Positions 31,982 through 43,175 of a stretch of DNA of 64,000 nucleotides are shown piece by piece; the first letter of the stretch is position 1, and the number at the start of each line of letters is the position of its first letter. The position numbers and the translations under genes were made by a program. The stretch spans positions 544,001-608,000 of the forward strand of contig OZ244052.1 of the NCBI GenBank assembly GCA_965215125.1. Direction: 5' to 3'. The stretch is from an uncultured candidatus Porisulfidus sp. GTDB lineage: Bacteria > Pseudomonadota > Gammaproteobacteria > Poriferisulfidales > Oxydemutatoraceae. Below the pieces are notes generated by a model, which did not search any database, was not told the origin of the DNA, and saw only the letters and a list, made by a program, of their open reading frames with translations.

Positions 31982-32650
31982 TCAACCGGCTACGCCTATC
32001 TCCGTATCTTTTTGGTCGCTAAAATTGCCTTTATAAATCCAGACCTTGACACCTATAATCCCGTATGTGGTTTTAGCTTCGGCAAGTCCGTAGTCTATAT
32101 TGGCATCGAGAGTGTGCAGAGGTACGCGTCCTTCCTTGGACCATTCGGAACGAGCGATTTCGGCCCCGTTCAAACGTCCGGATACGCAAATCTTAATACC
32201 CAGAGCCCCTAAACGCATCGTGTTTTGCACTGCGCGTCTCATCGCACGACGAAACATGATGCGTCGTTCCAACTGCAGTGCGATGCTGGAGGCAACCAAT
32301 GTTGCGTCGGTTTCCGGTTTACGTATCTCCTCTATGCTAATCTGCACATTATTAACCGAAATACCGTTAATATCGGCGATTTCGTGGCGTAAAGCCTCTA
32401 TGTCTCCGCCTTTTTTACCGATGACAATACCCGGGCGCGCCGTGTGTACGGCAATATGCACAGCCTTATCGGTGCGTTCTATCGTGACACGGCTTACCGA
32501 GGCATGCGCAAGCTTTTTCAACAAATAGCTACGTATTTTTATATCGCTATGTAAGGTCTCGCAATACTCGTTGCGGGAAACCAACCACTTTGATTCCCAA
32601 TCGATTACGATGCCCACTCTAAAACCGGTGGGGTGTACTTTTTGTCCCAT
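31982..32650 (-). CDS. rpsC: 30S ribosomal protein S3
   Basis: [17 protein letters not shown]. Confidence 0.98.
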   Translation of the reverse strand: MGQKVHPTGFRVGIVIDWESKWLVSRNEYCETLHSDIKIRSYLLKKLAHASVSRVTIERTDKAVHIAVHTARPGIVIGKKGGDIEALRHEIADINGISVNNVQISIEEIRKPETDATLVASSIALQLERRIMFRRAMRRAVQNTMRLGALGIKICVSGRLNGAEIARSEWSKEGRVPLHTLDANIDYGLAEAKTTYGIIGVKVWIYKGNFSDQKDTEIGVAG

Positions 32651-32663
32651 AAACTATATTTCC

Positions 32664-32996
32664 TTATTCATCACTCAATGTAATGCTAATATGACTCGTT
32701 CTCTTTTTAATCGCAGAAGCACGCCCTCTGGCGCGTGCTCTAAAGCGGTTTAAGGTTGCCCCTTGATCCACTCGTATCGTGCGCACTTTGAGCTCATCTA
32801 TATCGGCACCTTCGTTATTCTCGGCGTTTGCAATCGCCGACTCTAACAGTTTCAAAACCAAGCCTGCCGACTTAGTTCGACCAAATCGTAAATTTTCAAG
32901 TGCGCGTTCGACCGACAGCCCGCGTAGCCGATCGGCGACCAATCTGCATTTTTGCGGCGATATTCTACATCTTTTTAAGGTTGCCGAAATTTCCAT
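32664..32996 (-). CDS. rplV: 50S ribosomal protein L22
   Basis: Start at MEISA with AAGGAG RBS; SAIANAE, RARGRA. Confidence 0.96.
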   Translation of the reverse strand: MEISATLKRCRISPQKCRLVADRLRGLSVERALENLRFGRTKSAGLVLKLLESAIANAENNEGADIDELKVRTIRVDQGATLNRFRARARGRASAIKKRTSHISITLSDE

Positions 32997-33006
32997 CACA
33001 TTCTCC

Positions 33007-33279
33007 TTAACGAGCCTTCCGGTCGCCCGAATGTTCCTTGAAAGTGCGCGTCGGAGCGAATTCACCCAGTTTATGTCCGACCATATGCTCGGAGATATAA
33101 ATCGGTACATGCGCACGCCCGTTATGTACTGCGATATTCAAACCGACCATTTCCGGCACTACCATAGACCGCCTAGACCATGTCTTAATCGGGCGTTTGT
33201 CTCGGGCTTCGGCTGCCTTTCTAACCTTTTTCATCAAATGTTCGTCGACAAAAGGACCTTTTTTTATAGAACGCGGCAT
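33007..33279 (-). CDS. rpsS: 30S ribosomal protein S19
   Basis: [21 protein letters not shown]. Confidence 0.98.
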   Translation of the reverse strand: MPRSIKKGPFVDEHLMKKVRKAAEARDKRPIKTWSRRSMVVPEMVGLNIAVHNGRAHVPIYISEHMVGHKLGEFAPTRTFKEHSGDRKAR

Positions 33280-33292
33280 ATTCGTAATCTCT

Positions 33293-34123
33293 TTATCTTC
33301 TGTTACTGCGACGACGCACGATATATTTATCGGTGCTTCTATTTTTTCTAGTCCTAAAACCTTTGGTCGGCATTCCCCACGGGCTTACCGGGTGACGGCC
33401 GCCGGAGGTTTTGCCCTCACCACCGCCGTGCGGATGATCTATAGGATTCATCGCCACACCTCTAACCGTAGGTCTCACCCCTCGCCATCTCTTGGCACCG
33501 GCTTTACCCAGTTTTCTTAAACCGTGCTCGTTATTAGAAACGATGCCGATCGTCGCCCGACATGACAGTTCTATGCGGCGCATTTCTCCCGACACCAATC
33601 GCAACATTGCGTAGTTTCCTTCGCGTGCCACATATTGCAACGAGGTGCCTGCCGCTCGCGCAAGCTGGGCACCCTTCTTGGGCTTCATCTCCACACAATG
33701 TACGGTTGTACCGACCGGAATATCTTTGAGTAAAAGTGCGTTCCCGCGTTTGATAGGTGCATCGCTACCCGACATCAGTTGGTCGCCGGGTGCGATATTC
33801 TCGGGAGCGATAATGTAGCGTCGTTCTCCGTCGGCGTATAACACCAAAGCGATATTGGCACTTCTGTTCGGGTCGTATTCTATGCGTTCCACACGGCACT
33901 GAATTCCATCTTTGTCGCGCTTAAAATCAATATGGCGGTAACGACGTTTATGCCCACCCCCTATATGCCTCACCGTAATTCTGCCGCCGGCACCACGTCC
34001 GCTGCTCGTTTTTTTGCCCTGCACCAAAGGTGCATACGGATCGCCTTTGTACAAGTCGCCGCGTTTGGTCGTCACCCTAAAGCGGGTGCCCGGCGATGTC
34101 GGTTTATATTTATGCAGTGCCAT
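33293..34123 (-). CDS. rplB: 50S ribosomal protein L2
   Basis: [17 protein letters not shown]. Confidence 0.98.
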   Translation of the reverse strand: MALHKYKPTSPGTRFRVTTKRGDLYKGDPYAPLVQGKKTSSGRGAGGRITVRHIGGGHKRRYRHIDFKRDKDGIQCRVERIEYDPNRSANIALVLYADGERRYIIAPENIAPGDQLMSGSDAPIKRGNALLLKDIPVGTTVHCVEMKPKKGAQLARAAGTSLQYVAREGNYAMLRLVSGEMRRIELSCRATIGIVSNNEHGLRKLGKAGAKRWRGVRPTVRGVAMNPIDHPHGGGEGKTSGGRHPVSPWGMPTKGFRTRKNRSTDKYIVRRRSNRR

Positions 34124-34432
34124 CTATTCGCTTCCCGAAATGATGATATTGGAACCTTCGGCCAGGGTGATATAAGCCTTTTTCCAGTCCTTGCAACGCC
34201 CGAGCTTACCTTTAATCCTTCCTTTGCGCTTGCCTTTGACATTGACGACACGCACTCGCTCAACCTTGACTTCGTAATGCGACTCAATCGCCTTTTTAAT
34301 AGCGTGTTTGGTGGCTTTGGGTGCAACCCTGAATGTATGTTGATTAGACTGCATTACTCGGGTTGATTTCTCGGAGATATGGGGGCGGATTAACACACGG
34401 GCGGTTTTCTCTATCGGTAATAAATTTTTCAT
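34124..34432 (-). CDS. rplW: 50S ribosomal protein L23
   Basis: P.ISEK, WKKAYITL. Confidence 0.96.
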   Translation of the reverse strand: MKNLLPIEKTARVLIRPHISEKSTRVMQSNQHTFRVAPKATKHAIKKAIESHYEVKVERVRVVNVKGKRKGRIKGKLGRCKDWKKAYITLAEGSNIIISGSE

Positions 34433-35031
34433 CGCAGGTTGTCCTGTATTTTTTCGATCGCCGGCTTGGTCATCAATACTTTATCGAAGCGCATCAAATT
34501 CACCGGGTCTATTTCGTGCGCCAGCAATACGCCGACCCACGGGATATTACTGCTTGCCATAAAGAGGGTTTCGTCCTCTTCCGCCAGCACGATCAAAACC
34601 GAGGTGATAGACATCGTTTTTAGTTTCTCTATCAATAGCTTGGTTTTGGGCTTTTCTATCGTCAATTCGTCTACGACGATTAAACGGTTTGAGCGGTTGA
34701 GTTCGGATAGCAAAGACTTTAGTGCGCCGCGATACATCTTTTTATTCAACTTTTGATTAAAGCTACGCGGTTGTGCCGCGAAAGTACGACCGCCACCTCG
34801 CCATAACGGGCTTCTGATGGTTCCGGCACGCGCACGCCCCATACCCTTTTGACGCCACGGCTTACTCCCTCCACCCGCAACTCTAGAGCGGTTCTTCTGA
34901 GCTTTAGTGCCACTTCGCGCCCGTGCTTGAAACGCTACCGCGGCTTGATGTATCAAGGCAGCATTGTACCGACAGTCAAAGATGCCTGCATCGACGAACA
35001 AGGTGCCGCCGTCTGCTTGTTTAAGTTCCAT
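34429..35031 (-). CDS. rplD: 50S ribosomal protein L4
   Basis: KPWRQKG.GRARAG. Confidence 0.97.
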   Translation of the reverse strand: MELKQADGGTLFVDAGIFDCRYNAALIHQAAVAFQARARSGTKAQKNRSRVAGGGSKPWRQKGMGRARAGTIRSPLWRGGGRTFAAQPRSFNQKLNKKMYRGALKSLLSELNRSNRLIVVDELTIEKPKTKLLIEKLKTMSITSVLIVLAEEDETLFMASSNIPWVGVLLAHEIDPVNLMRFDKVLMTKPAIEKIQDNLR

Positions 35032-35833
35032 CTTTGTTTCCTTCTTTCTGTGGTTGCGCTTGCTCGGATTCGGCTTTTTGATCCGCCTCGGTGGCTGGTT
35101 CGGGTTGTGTCTCTGCTTTCGCTTCGGTGGTTTGCTCGGATGTCGGTGTTGTTTCGTCGGATTGTTGCGGTTCTATATCGGGAGATACCGCTTGTATATC
35201 TATATCGGATAAATGTCTTATCAGTACCGTGTTATTGCGGCTCCCGGGTACCGCACCTTTAATCCATAATAACTGGCGTTCTTCGTCTACTTTGACGATC
35301 TCCAAATTTTTGACGGTCACACGCGCATTGCCCATTTGTCCGGGCATTTTTTTGCCTTTGAACACACGCCCCGGAAACTGACATTGCCCTACCGAACCCA
35401 TGACTCGATGGGATAACGAGTTGCCGTGGCTGTTGTCTTGCCCGCGAAAGTTATGCCGTTTGATGGTGCCGGCAAACCCTTTGCCTTTGCTGATTCCCGT
35501 AACTCGTACTTTCTGTCCTTCGCTGAATATCTCCACACCGATTTGCCCGCCGACTTTTTTGACTTCGCTGTCGGCAATACGAAATTCGCATATTTCTTTA
35601 CCTGCCAACACGCTTGTTTTTCTAAAATGTCCTTTCATAGGGCGCGTAATCCGCGATGCTTTTTTGTCATCGCCACCCACTAACTGCATCGCGTTATAGC
35701 CGTCTTTTTCAATCGTTTTAACTTGGGCTATGCGATTAGGAATGACGCGTATGATAGTGCACGGTACGGAGATACCCTCTTCCTTAAAGAGCCTACTCAT
35801 GCCCGCTTTCTGTCCGATTACGCCTATTGCCAT
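35021..35833 (-). CDS. rplC: 50S ribosomal protein L3 with acidic C-terminal extension
   Basis: [19 protein letters not shown]; start at MAIG (alternative 35848). Confidence 0.96.
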   Translation of the reverse strand: MAIGVIGQKAGMSRLFKEEGISVPCTIIRVIPNRIAQVKTIEKDGYNAMQLVGGDDKKASRITRPMKGHFRKTSVLAGKEICEFRIADSEVKKVGGQIGVEIFSEGQKVRVTGISKGKGFAGTIKRHNFRGQDNSHGNSLSHRVMGSVGQCQFPGRVFKGKKMPGQMGNARVTVKNLEIVKVDEERQLLWIKGAVPGSRNNTVLIRHLSDIDIQAVSPDIEPQQSDETTPTSEQTTEAKAETQPEPATEADQKAESEQAQPQKEGNKDGT

Positions 35834-35844
35834 TGTCCCGTCCG

Positions 35845-36174
35845 TCAATTTAACTTTATCTGTACATCTACGCCGGCGGCTAAATCCAAATTCATTAATG
35901 CATCCACCGTTTTCTCGGTCGGACCGACGATATCCATAATGCGTTTATGAGTTCTAATCTCGTATTGATCGCGGGCATCTTTATCTACATGAGGCGAGAT
36001 CAATACCGTAAAGTGTTCTATCTTGGTCGGTAAAGGAATAGGTCCTTTAATACTGGCACCGGTGCGTTTAACCGCTTCTGCAATCTCGCTTGCGGATTTA
36101 TCGAGCAGACGATGATCAAAGGCTTTTAATCTAATTCTTATTTTGCTCCCTGTTTCTAACATTTGTTTAGCCAT
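35845..36174 (-). CDS. rpsJ: 30S ribosomal protein S10
   Basis: [17 protein letters not shown]. Confidence 0.98.
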   Translation of the reverse strand: MAKQMLETGSKIRIRLKAFDHRLLDKSASEIAEAVKRTGASIKGPIPLPTKIEHFTVLISPHVDKDARDQYEIRTHKRIMDIVGPTEKTVDALMNLDLAAGVDVQIKLN

Positions 36175-36199
36175 TTTCCGATTTCCCGTATAGTGCGTC

Positions 36200-37393
36200 T
36201 TATTCTATGATTTTAGCTACTACGCCTGCGCCTACCGTGCGACCCCCTTCCCTGATCGCAAAACGCAAACCCTCTTCCATCGCAATAGGTCCTATTAAAC
36301 TCACCGCCATCTTTACATTGTCCCCCGGCATCACCATCTCTACACCGGACTCCAATTCTACCGCACCGGTCACATCCGTCGTCCTAAAATAAAACTGCGG
36401 TCTGTAGCCTTTGAAAAACGGCGTGTGCCGACCGCCTTCCTCTTTAGACAATATATACACCTCCGCCTCGAACTTCTTGTGCGGCGTGATCGAACCCGGC
36501 TTGCACAACACCTGACCTCGCTCTACTTCCTCTCGCTTCGTCCCTCGCAACAACACCCCGACATTGTCTCCGGCACGACCCTCGTCCAACAGCTTCCTGA
36601 ACATCTCTACTCCCGTACAGGTCGTCTTGTTCGTCTCTCTTATTCCTACAATCTCTATCTCGTCTCCTACTTTCACAATCCCTCGCTCTATGCGACCGGT
36701 CACCACCGTTCCCCGTCCCGATATCGAAAATACATCTTCTACCGGCATCAGATAGTCTCCGTCTATCGCTCGCTCCGGTTCCGGGATATACTTGTCCATC
36801 TCCGCTATCAACTGCTCTATCGACGACACGCCCATCTCCGAGCTGTCTCCTTCCAACGCCTTCAGTGCCGAACCCGTCACAATCGGAATATCGTCTCCCG
36901 GAAACTCGTAGTTGGACAACAACTCGCGCACTTCCATCTCTACCAACTCCATCAACTCCTTATCGTCTACCATGTCCGCTTTATTCAAATACACGACGAT
37001 ATGCGGCACACCCACTTGGCGTGCCAACAAAATATGCTCTCGCGTCTGGGGCATCGGACCATCCGCCGCACTCACCACCAAAATCGCACCGTCCATCTGT
37101 GCTGCGCCGGTTATCATGTTCTTGATATAGTCGGCGTGCCCCGGACAATCCACATGCGCATAGTGCCTCGCTTCCGATTCATACTCTACATGTGCCGTCG
37201 CTATCGTTATCCCTCGCTCTCGTTCCTCCGGCGCATTGTCTATCTGCTCATACGAACGATACTCGCCGGCACCCTGCTGATCCAACATCACTTTAGTCAT
37301 CGCCGCCGTCAATGTCGTCTTGCCGTGATCTACATGCCCTATGGTTCCCACATTGACATGCGGTTTCGTTCTTTCAAATTTCTCTTTAGACAT
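36200..37393 (-). CDS. tuf: Elongation factor Tu
   Basis: [17 protein letters not shown]. Confidence 0.99.
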   Translation of the reverse strand: MSKEKFERTKPHVNVGTIGHVDHGKTTLTAAMTKVMLDQQGAGEYRSYEQIDNAPEERERGITIATAHVEYESEARHYAHVDCPGHADYIKNMITGAAQMDGAILVVSAADGPMPQTREHILLARQVGVPHIVVYLNKADMVDDKELMELVEMEVRELLSNYEFPGDDIPIVTGSALKALEGDSSEMGVSSIEQLIAEMDKYIPEPERAIDGDYLMPVEDVFSISGRGTVVTGRIERGIVKVGDEIEIVGIRETNKTTCTGVEMFRKLLDEGRAGDNVGVLLRGTKREEVERGQVLCKPGSITPHKKFEAEVYILSKEEGGRHTPFFKGYRPQFYFRTTDVTGAVELESGVEMVMPGDNVKMAVSLIGPIAMEEGLRFAIREGGRTVGAGVVAKIIE

Positions 37394-37407
37394 GTTATCC
37401 CTATCGT

Positions 37408-39498
37408 TTATTGTTTCTTGATAATGTCATCGGCTACATTATTCGGCACTTGCGTATACTTCAAAAATTCCATGGTATAGGTTGCGCGACCTTGCGTAGC
37501 CGAGCGTAAATCGGTTGCGTAGCCGAACATTTCCTTAAGCGGCACTTCGGCGCGTATCGTCTTACCCAATACACTTTCCTCCATAGCATCTATAATACCT
37601 CTGCGCCTATTCAAGTCACCCACGACATCGCCCATATAATCCTCCGGGGTTACGACTTCCACTTTCATCATCGGTTCAAGTAGCACCGGCGAGGCATTGT
37701 TAAATCCTTCTCTAAAGCAACGCGAGGCAGCGGTCTTGAATGCAATTTCCGATGAATCCACATCGTGATACGAACCGTCGTATAAAGTCACTTTAACATC
37801 AACCACCGGATACCCTGCAATCACGCCGTTCTGCATCTGCTCTTGAATACCTTTGTCTACCGCCGGGATATATTCCTTCGGCACAACACCGCCTACTATT
37901 TCATTGACAAAGGTATAGCCACTACCCGCTTCGGCAGGCTCTATCTTCAACCATACATGTCCGTATTGCCCTCGACCACCGGTCTGCTTGATATATTTGC
38001 CTTCTTGTTGGATCGCTTGCAGCGCGGTTTCGCGATACGCAACTTGCGGTTCGCCTACGTTTGCATCGACATTAAACTCACGACGCAAACGATCCACGAT
38101 GATTTCCAAGTGTAATTCACCCATCCCTGAAATAATCGTTTGACCCGACTCCTCGTCGGTCTTGACCTTAAAAGAGGGGTCTTCGGTAGATAATTTCTGC
38201 AAAGCCAGACCCATTTTTTCTTGATCTACTTTGGTCTTAGGTTCTACTGCCACTGCGATAACCGGTTCCGGAAAATTCATACTCTCCAGTGCAATCGGGT
38301 TGTTGCCGTCGCATAGGGTATGACCCGTAACCACACCTTTGAAACCGACACCGGCAGCAATATCTCCCGCCCTGACTTCTTTGATCTCTTCACGAGAATT
38401 AGAATGCATCTGCAACAATCGCCCGGCACGCTCTTTTTTGTCGGTTGAAGCATTCAAAATACTATCGCCGGAGTTCAACACGCCCGAATACACGCGGAAA
38501 AAAGTTAACACACCGACATACGGGTCGGTCGCAACTTTGAAAGCCAAAGCCGAGAAGGGTTCGTCGTCGGATGCTTTGCGTTGCGGCGGTTCCTTACCGT
38601 CTTCGCATAAACCGACGATATCGGGCACCTCCGACGGCGACGGCAGATAATAAATCGCTGCATCGAGCAGTGCTTGAACACCCTTATTCTTAAACGCCGT
38701 TCCACACAATACCGGCACGATCTCGTTGGCAAGGGTACGTATACGTATACCTTTGCGTATATCGTCCGCTTGTAGTTCGTTTTCCAGATATTTCTCCATC
38801 AGCTCTTCGCTGGCTTCGGCGGCACTCTCGGTGAGTTGATGGTGCAAGGTTTCACACTCCTCTTTCATATCATCGGGGATATCACCCGCTTCATAAGTAA
38901 CGCCTTTATCCTCACTGTTCCAACGTATTGCCGTTTGAGTGACTAAATCTATGACACCTTCAAACTTATCCTCACTTCCTATAGGAACTTGTAGCGGTAT
39001 CGCTTTTGCCCCCAAACGCTCCTTTATCTGAGATACAACTCTAAAGAAATCGGCACCCGCCCTATCCATCTTATTGACGAATGCGATACGCGGAACTGTA
39101 TAGCGATTGGCTTGCCGCCACACCGTCTCCGATTGTGGTTCGACACCGCCGACCGCACAAAATACCGCAACGGCACCGTCTAATACGCGCAAAGAACGCT
39201 CAACTTCTATAGTGAAATCAACATGGCCGGGCGTGTCTATAATGTTGATGCGATGTTCGTCGAACTGCTGATCCATGCCTTGCCAAAAGCATGTGGTTGC
39301 TGCCGAGGTAATTGTGATACCGCGTTCTTGTTCTTGTTCCATCCAGTCCATAACCGCCGAGCCTTCGTGCACCTCACCCATTTTGTGCGAGATGCCGGTA
39401 TAGAATAAAATTCTTTCGGTCGTCGTCGTCTTGCCGGCATCTATATGTGCCATGATGCCGATGTTGCGATAATGTTGCAAAGGTGTCTTACGAGCCAT
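37408..39498 (-). CDS. fusA: Elongation factor G
   Basis: [24 protein letters not shown]. Confidence 0.99.
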   Translation of the reverse strand: MARKTPLQHYRNIGIMAHIDAGKTTTTERILFYTGISHKMGEVHEGSAVMDWMEQEQERGITITSAATTCFWQGMDQQFDEHRINIIDTPGHVDFTIEVERSLRVLDGAVAVFCAVGGVEPQSETVWRQANRYTVPRIAFVNKMDRAGADFFRVVSQIKERLGAKAIPLQVPIGSEDKFEGVIDLVTQTAIRWNSEDKGVTYEAGDIPDDMKEECETLHHQLTESAAEASEELMEKYLENELQADDIRKGIRIRTLANEIVPVLCGTAFKNKGVQALLDAAIYYLPSPSEVPDIVGLCEDGKEPPQRKASDDEPFSALAFKVATDPYVGVLTFFRVYSGVLNSGDSILNASTDKKERAGRLLQMHSNSREEIKEVRAGDIAAGVGFKGVVTGHTLCDGNNPIALESMNFPEPVIAVAVEPKTKVDQEKMGLALQKLSTEDPSFKVKTDEESGQTIISGMGELHLEIIVDRLRREFNVDANVGEPQVAYRETALQAIQQEGKYIKQTGGRGQYGHVWLKIEPAEAGSGYTFVNEIVGGVVPKEYIPAVDKGIQEQMQNGVIAGYPVVDVKVTLYDGSYHDVDSSEIAFKTAASRCFREGFNNASPVLLEPMMKVEVVTPEDYMGDVVGDLNRRRGIIDAMEESVLGKTIRAEVPLKEMFGYATDLRSATQGRATYTMEFLKYTQVPNNVADDIIKKQ

Positions 39499-39502
39499 CT
39501 TT

Positions 39503-39970
39503 CTACCACCTATAATGTGAAAAGGCTTTGTTCGCTTCCGCCATCTTCATCGTGTCTTCGCGTTTCTTGACGGCACCTCCGCGATTATCTGCGGCATCTC
39601 GTATCTCTGCAGCGAGCTTGTTGACCATAGAGTCCGCTTTGCGCTTGCTCGCTGCATCTATAATCCAACGCATCGCCAAGGTTTGCTGACGAACCGGGCG
39701 CACTTCTACCGGCACCTGATAGTTTGCTCCGCCTACTCTGCGAGATTTAACTTCCACACGGGGCTTAGCGGCATCCAAAGCCTTCTTGAATACATCCAGT
39801 GCTTTATCGGATTTTTTATCAATTTTATTTAATGCGCCATAAACGATGCCTTCGGCAACAGACTTCTTGCCTCGCTGCATCACCAAGTTGATAAACTTAG
39901 CCAAGGTTTGGTCATGGTATTTCGGGTCTACTAATATTTCTCTAGGCTGTATTTCACGGCGACGCGGCAT
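39503..39970 (-). CDS. rpsG: 30S ribosomal protein S7
   Basis: [19 protein letters not shown]. Confidence 0.98.
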   Translation of the reverse strand: MPRRREIQPREILVDPKYHDQTLAKFINLVMQRGKKSVAEGIVYGALNKIDKKSDKALDVFKKALDAAKPRVEVKSRRVGGANYQVPVEVRPVRQQTLAMRWIIDAASKRKADSMVNKLAAEIRDAADNRGGAVKKREDTMKMAEANKAFSHYRW

Positions 39971-39985
39971 TTCTCTACTCTCCTA

Positions 39986-40360
39986 TTATGCTTTGGCACG
40001 TTTGGTTCCGTATTTGGAACGGCCTTTTTTCCTTCCTTCTACACCTTGGGTATCCAAGCTGCCGCGAATCGTATGGTAGCGTACTCCCGGCAAATCCTTT
40101 ACTCGCCCACCCCGTATTAGCACAACCGAGTGCTCTTGTAGATTGTGCCCTTCACCACCTATATAGGTCGTCACCTCGTAGCCGTTTGTCAAGCGGACGC
40201 GTGCAACCTTGCGCAGTGCCGAATTAGGCTTCTTAGGTGTTGTGGTATAAACACGAGTACAAACGCCTCGCTTTTGAGGGCATCTTTCCAATGCCACCAC
40301 ATTGCTTTTCGCAACCTTGGGTTTCCTCGGTTTGCGTACTAATTGGTTAATCGTCGTCAT
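39986..40360 (-). CDS. rpsL: 30S ribosomal protein S12
   Basis: [17 protein letters not shown]. Confidence 0.99.
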   Translation of the reverse strand: MTTINQLVRKPRKPKVAKSNVVALERCPQKRGVCTRVYTTTPKKPNSALRKVARVRLTNGYEVTTYIGGEGHNLQEHSVVLIRGGRVKDLPGVRYHTIRGSLDTQGVEGRKKGRSKYGTKRAKA

Positions 40361-40450
40361 GTAATTAAAATACTCCTTTTCGGCAATATATAAGCGTAAA
40401 TAATCCTATCCGCCTTATTGCGGAATCAGCCTTTAGGGGAAGGATAAGGA

Positions 40451-40479
40451 ATTATAATAGGAAATGGAAAAATGTGCAA
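40451..40479 (-). promoter_or_regulatory. Sigma70 promoter of the str operon
   Basis: TTGCAC-17 bp-TATAAT, 90 bp upstream of rpsL. Confidence 0.75.
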
Positions 40480-41513
40480 GGGGATGTACGATGCCATGAC
40501 ATATTGGACAAATGGGGGCAAAAGGAAGCGAGCTGTTGTGCCGGTGTTTTATAGGCTAGACTTTGGTGCGGTCTCCTGAAGTTATACCGCCCGAGATATT
40601 CAAATAATACATCGTTAAATCGTCCTAAATCGGTCACTAAAATATCCTCATGATGTGCTACAAACTCCTCCTGAATGGTGCGGTTAAATCTCTCGTCTAC
40701 GGCATTCATTTTCGGGCAACGAGGATAAGTATAACAGTGTTTAATGTTGTGTTGTTGTAGATAAGCCTCGAAGTCGCCGGCAAACTCGCTGCCGTTGTCG
40801 GTCAGTACTTGAGAGAGGTTGCCGGGGAATACCGTGTCCACCAATCTTGCGAATGTCGCAGCATTTTTACTGTGGGCACGTCGGCAGGCGACGGCAACGG
40901 CGAAACGGCTGTAGTGGTCAATCGCAGTGAACAGATAATAGCGTGTCCGATCAACGAAATAATGGATGGTATCCATAGCCACGCAGTGTCCGGGAAATTG
41001 CGCTTTGGCATCTTTGCCGAGACGGTTGCGTGGTTGAGAAACCTTACGTTTGTGTGTTTTCTTAGAGGGCGAACAACGCATGTTGTCCGATGCATCGGCA
41101 ATCAACCGAGCAATGGTGCGAGGCTTCGGACACTGCAGTTCCCGTGCATCACACCACGGCTTTAAGAAGTAGTAAATCTTCGGCGCACCCATATTCGGAT
41201 AGCTGTGTCGCAGTCGCCTAATCTCATCACTGATGTGAGTAGACCAATTACGGCGACGACGCTGCCGAGGTGCTTTACTTGCGTCTCGCAAAGCGGATAC
41301 ACCGCCCTCGTCAAAGCACTTTTTCCAGCGGTATAGGGTGGAACGGCTCACCCCGACAAAGTCTTGGGTTGCGTTTAAGCCGTGTTTGTTCCAAAATTCT
41401 AGTGCATTAAGTTTTTGTTTGGCATCTGTTGCCATCATAGCCTCCGTTTTGTTGGAAAAAGAGGCTATTTTATAAAAACCTGTAATGCGGTAGCCGATGT
41501 GCTGGTTTTGCAT
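40452..41513 (-). CDS. IS481-like DDE (rve) transposase
   Basis: HTH VSRSTLYRWK; DT, TDNGSEF, ERFNRT; reads through the element end into host DNA. Confidence 0.9.
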   Translation of the reverse strand: MQNQHIGYRITGFYKIASFSNKTEAMMATDAKQKLNALEFWNKHGLNATQDFVGVSRSTLYRWKKCFDEGGVSALRDASKAPRQRRRRNWSTHISDEIRRLRHSYPNMGAPKIYYFLKPWCDARELQCPKPRTIARLIADASDNMRCSPSKKTHKRKVSQPRNRLGKDAKAQFPGHCVAMDTIHYFVDRTRYYLFTAIDHYSRFAVAVACRRAHSKNAATFARLVDTVFPGNLSQVLTDNGSEFAGDFEAYLQQHNIKHCYTYPRCPKMNAVDERFNRTIQEEFVAHHEDILVTDLGRFNDVLFEYLGRYNFRRPHQSLAYKTPAQQLASFCPHLSNMSWHRTSPCTFFHFLL

Positions 41514-41616
41514 GTCGGCTACTTTGATTTAAGAGGTATTTTTCCACTAGGAAAAGTACTTTTCCTAGTGGAAAGATTAGGTTCTAAAGAGTCCAATATG
41601 TATCTGGCATTGTACA
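40485..41616 (-). mobile_element. IS481-family element
   Basis: TGT...ACA termini with ~25-bp imperfect IR (TGTACGATGCCATGACATATTGGAC / TGTACAATGCCAGATACATATTGGAC); 5-bp direct repeat GGGGA (40480-84, 41617-21). Confidence 0.85.
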
Positions 41617-41780
41617 GGGGAACCTTGATTTTTTGTCAACCTCAAGCGGTAATACCTCGTCCGTCCTGCAGCGTGTCTCCTCCGACTTCCTAGGCACTGC
41701 ATCTGACCTTACCCCCCAAAACTGGGCCATGACAAAGATGAGATTTCCAGTTAAATTAGTAAACAACAGGAGGTTTCAAA

Positions 41781-42044
41781 ATGAAGAAACGATATACAGA
41801 AGAGCAAATTATCGGTGCGGTCAAATCACATGAGGCAGGTCGCACGATAGAGGATATTTGCCGAGAACTCGGTATAGCGCATGGCACCTTTTACAACTGG
41901 CGTAGCAAATATGCCGGGTTAGAAGTCAATGACGCCAAGCGATTAAAGAACCTTGTATCGGAGAATAACCGACTCAAGAAACTACTCGGCGAGCAATTAC
42001 TAGAAATCACCGCCCTCAAGGATGTGCTATCAAAAAAGTGGTGA
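41781..42044 (+). CDS. IS3 transposase OrfA
   Basis: KRYTEEQII, TFYNWRSKY; A6G frameshift motif at the 3' end. Confidence 0.93.
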   Translation: MKKRYTEEQIIGAVKSHEAGRTIEDICRELGIAHGTFYNWRSKYAGLEVNDAKRLKNLVSENNRLKKLLGEQLLEITALKDVLSKKW

Positions 42045-42856
42045 CCCCGGCAAGCAAAAGAAGCGTTGTTGCAGAGCTGAATACCCATTGGAGTTTGAGT
42101 GAGAGGCGCAGTTGCGCGCTGGTCGGGATCAGCCGTAGTAGTTATCACTATCAAGCACAGCCGCGTTGTGATGCAGAGATTAGAAGTCGCTTGTGCGAGT
42201 TGGCAAGCAAGTATCCACGCTATGGCTATTTGCTACTCTACCGTTTGCTACGAGAGGCAGGCTTTGTAGTGAATAAAAAACGGGTTCACCGCATCTACAA
42301 AGAAGCGAGACTGCAAGTACCCAAAAGACTGCGCAAGAAGCTCATCCGCACGAGGCAACGGCAGGCATTGCCTGAACAGGTGAATTGTCGCTGGTCAATG
42401 GACTTTGTGCATGATCGGTTAAGCGACGGCAGGTCGTTTAGGATATTCAATGTGATGGACGATTACAGTCGCGAACTGATCGGTCAATTCGCTGGTTTTT
42501 CGATTAGCAGTGGGCAAGTGGTGAGATGTTTAGAGCAACTCATCGCCGAGCGAGGTTGTCCGCAAAGCATCGTCTGCGACAACGGGCCGGAGTTCACTAG
42601 TAAAAAGATGCAGGTCTGGTCGCAAGATAGCGGCGTGGAACTACACTTTATTCAACCGGGTAAGCCGACCCAGAATGCTTTGGTGGAAAGCCTGAACGGT
42701 AAGTTTAGAGACAATTGCCTTAACCAGCACTGGTTCCGCAGCCTTCAGGAAGCGCGTCATATTATTGAACAGTGGCGATACCACTATAACCATGAACGCC
42801 CGCATAGCTCATTAGATTATATGACCCCGGTAGCATTCGCCACACGTGTTGCGTAG
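42038..42856 (+). CDS. IS3 transposase OrfB (frameshift fusion)
   Basis: WSMDF, DNGPEF, ES.NGKFR. Confidence 0.93.
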   Translation: MVTPASKRSVVAELNTHWSLSERRSCALVGISRSSYHYQAQPRCDAEIRSRLCELASKYPRYGYLLLYRLLREAGFVVNKKRVHRIYKEARLQVPKRLRKKLIRTRQRQALPEQVNCRWSMDFVHDRLSDGRSFRIFNVMDDYSRELIGQFAGFSISSGQVVRCLEQLIAERGCPQSIVCDNGPEFTSKKMQVWSQDSGVELHFIQPGKPTQNALVESLNGKFRDNCLNQHWFRSLQEARHIIEQWRYHYNHERPHSSLDYMTPVAFATRVA

Positions 42857-43175
42857 CGTAAGGCTTGTTTAGTAGTTATGAAACGAGCTAAAAATCAGCA
42901 GCTAGTAGAGGTCATCTCGACTAGAGATCGTCGCTTAAAGGCGCATTATGAGGCTGGTTTTTTAGTTGCAAGACTTCAATTTAGGCAACAACATAGGATT
43001 TTGTCTAAATTGCCACTGAACGAGAATAACCAACCCATATTGGAATGCGAGCTTGGAAATCTAGCTTTATTTAAGATTTTATTAGCATAAGGCACAGAGG
43101 TGACTTATAATACAGATCTCATTTAAGTTTTGGCCCTGAAAATGGGGAAAAGTCAAGTTGGTGAATTAGGAGACA

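Larger units (their letters stand above)
41704..43155 (+). mobile_element. IS3-family element (IS407-like), copy 1
   Basis: IRL TGACCTTACCCCCCAAAACTGGGCCA, IRR TGGCCCTGAAAATGGGGAAAAGTCA; no flanking direct repeat. Confidence 0.92.

Noticed and set aside
36425-37480. 351-aa ORF antisense to tuf and similar antisense ORFs in the ribosomal cluster
   Set aside because: Shadow frames caused by the codon bias of conserved genes.
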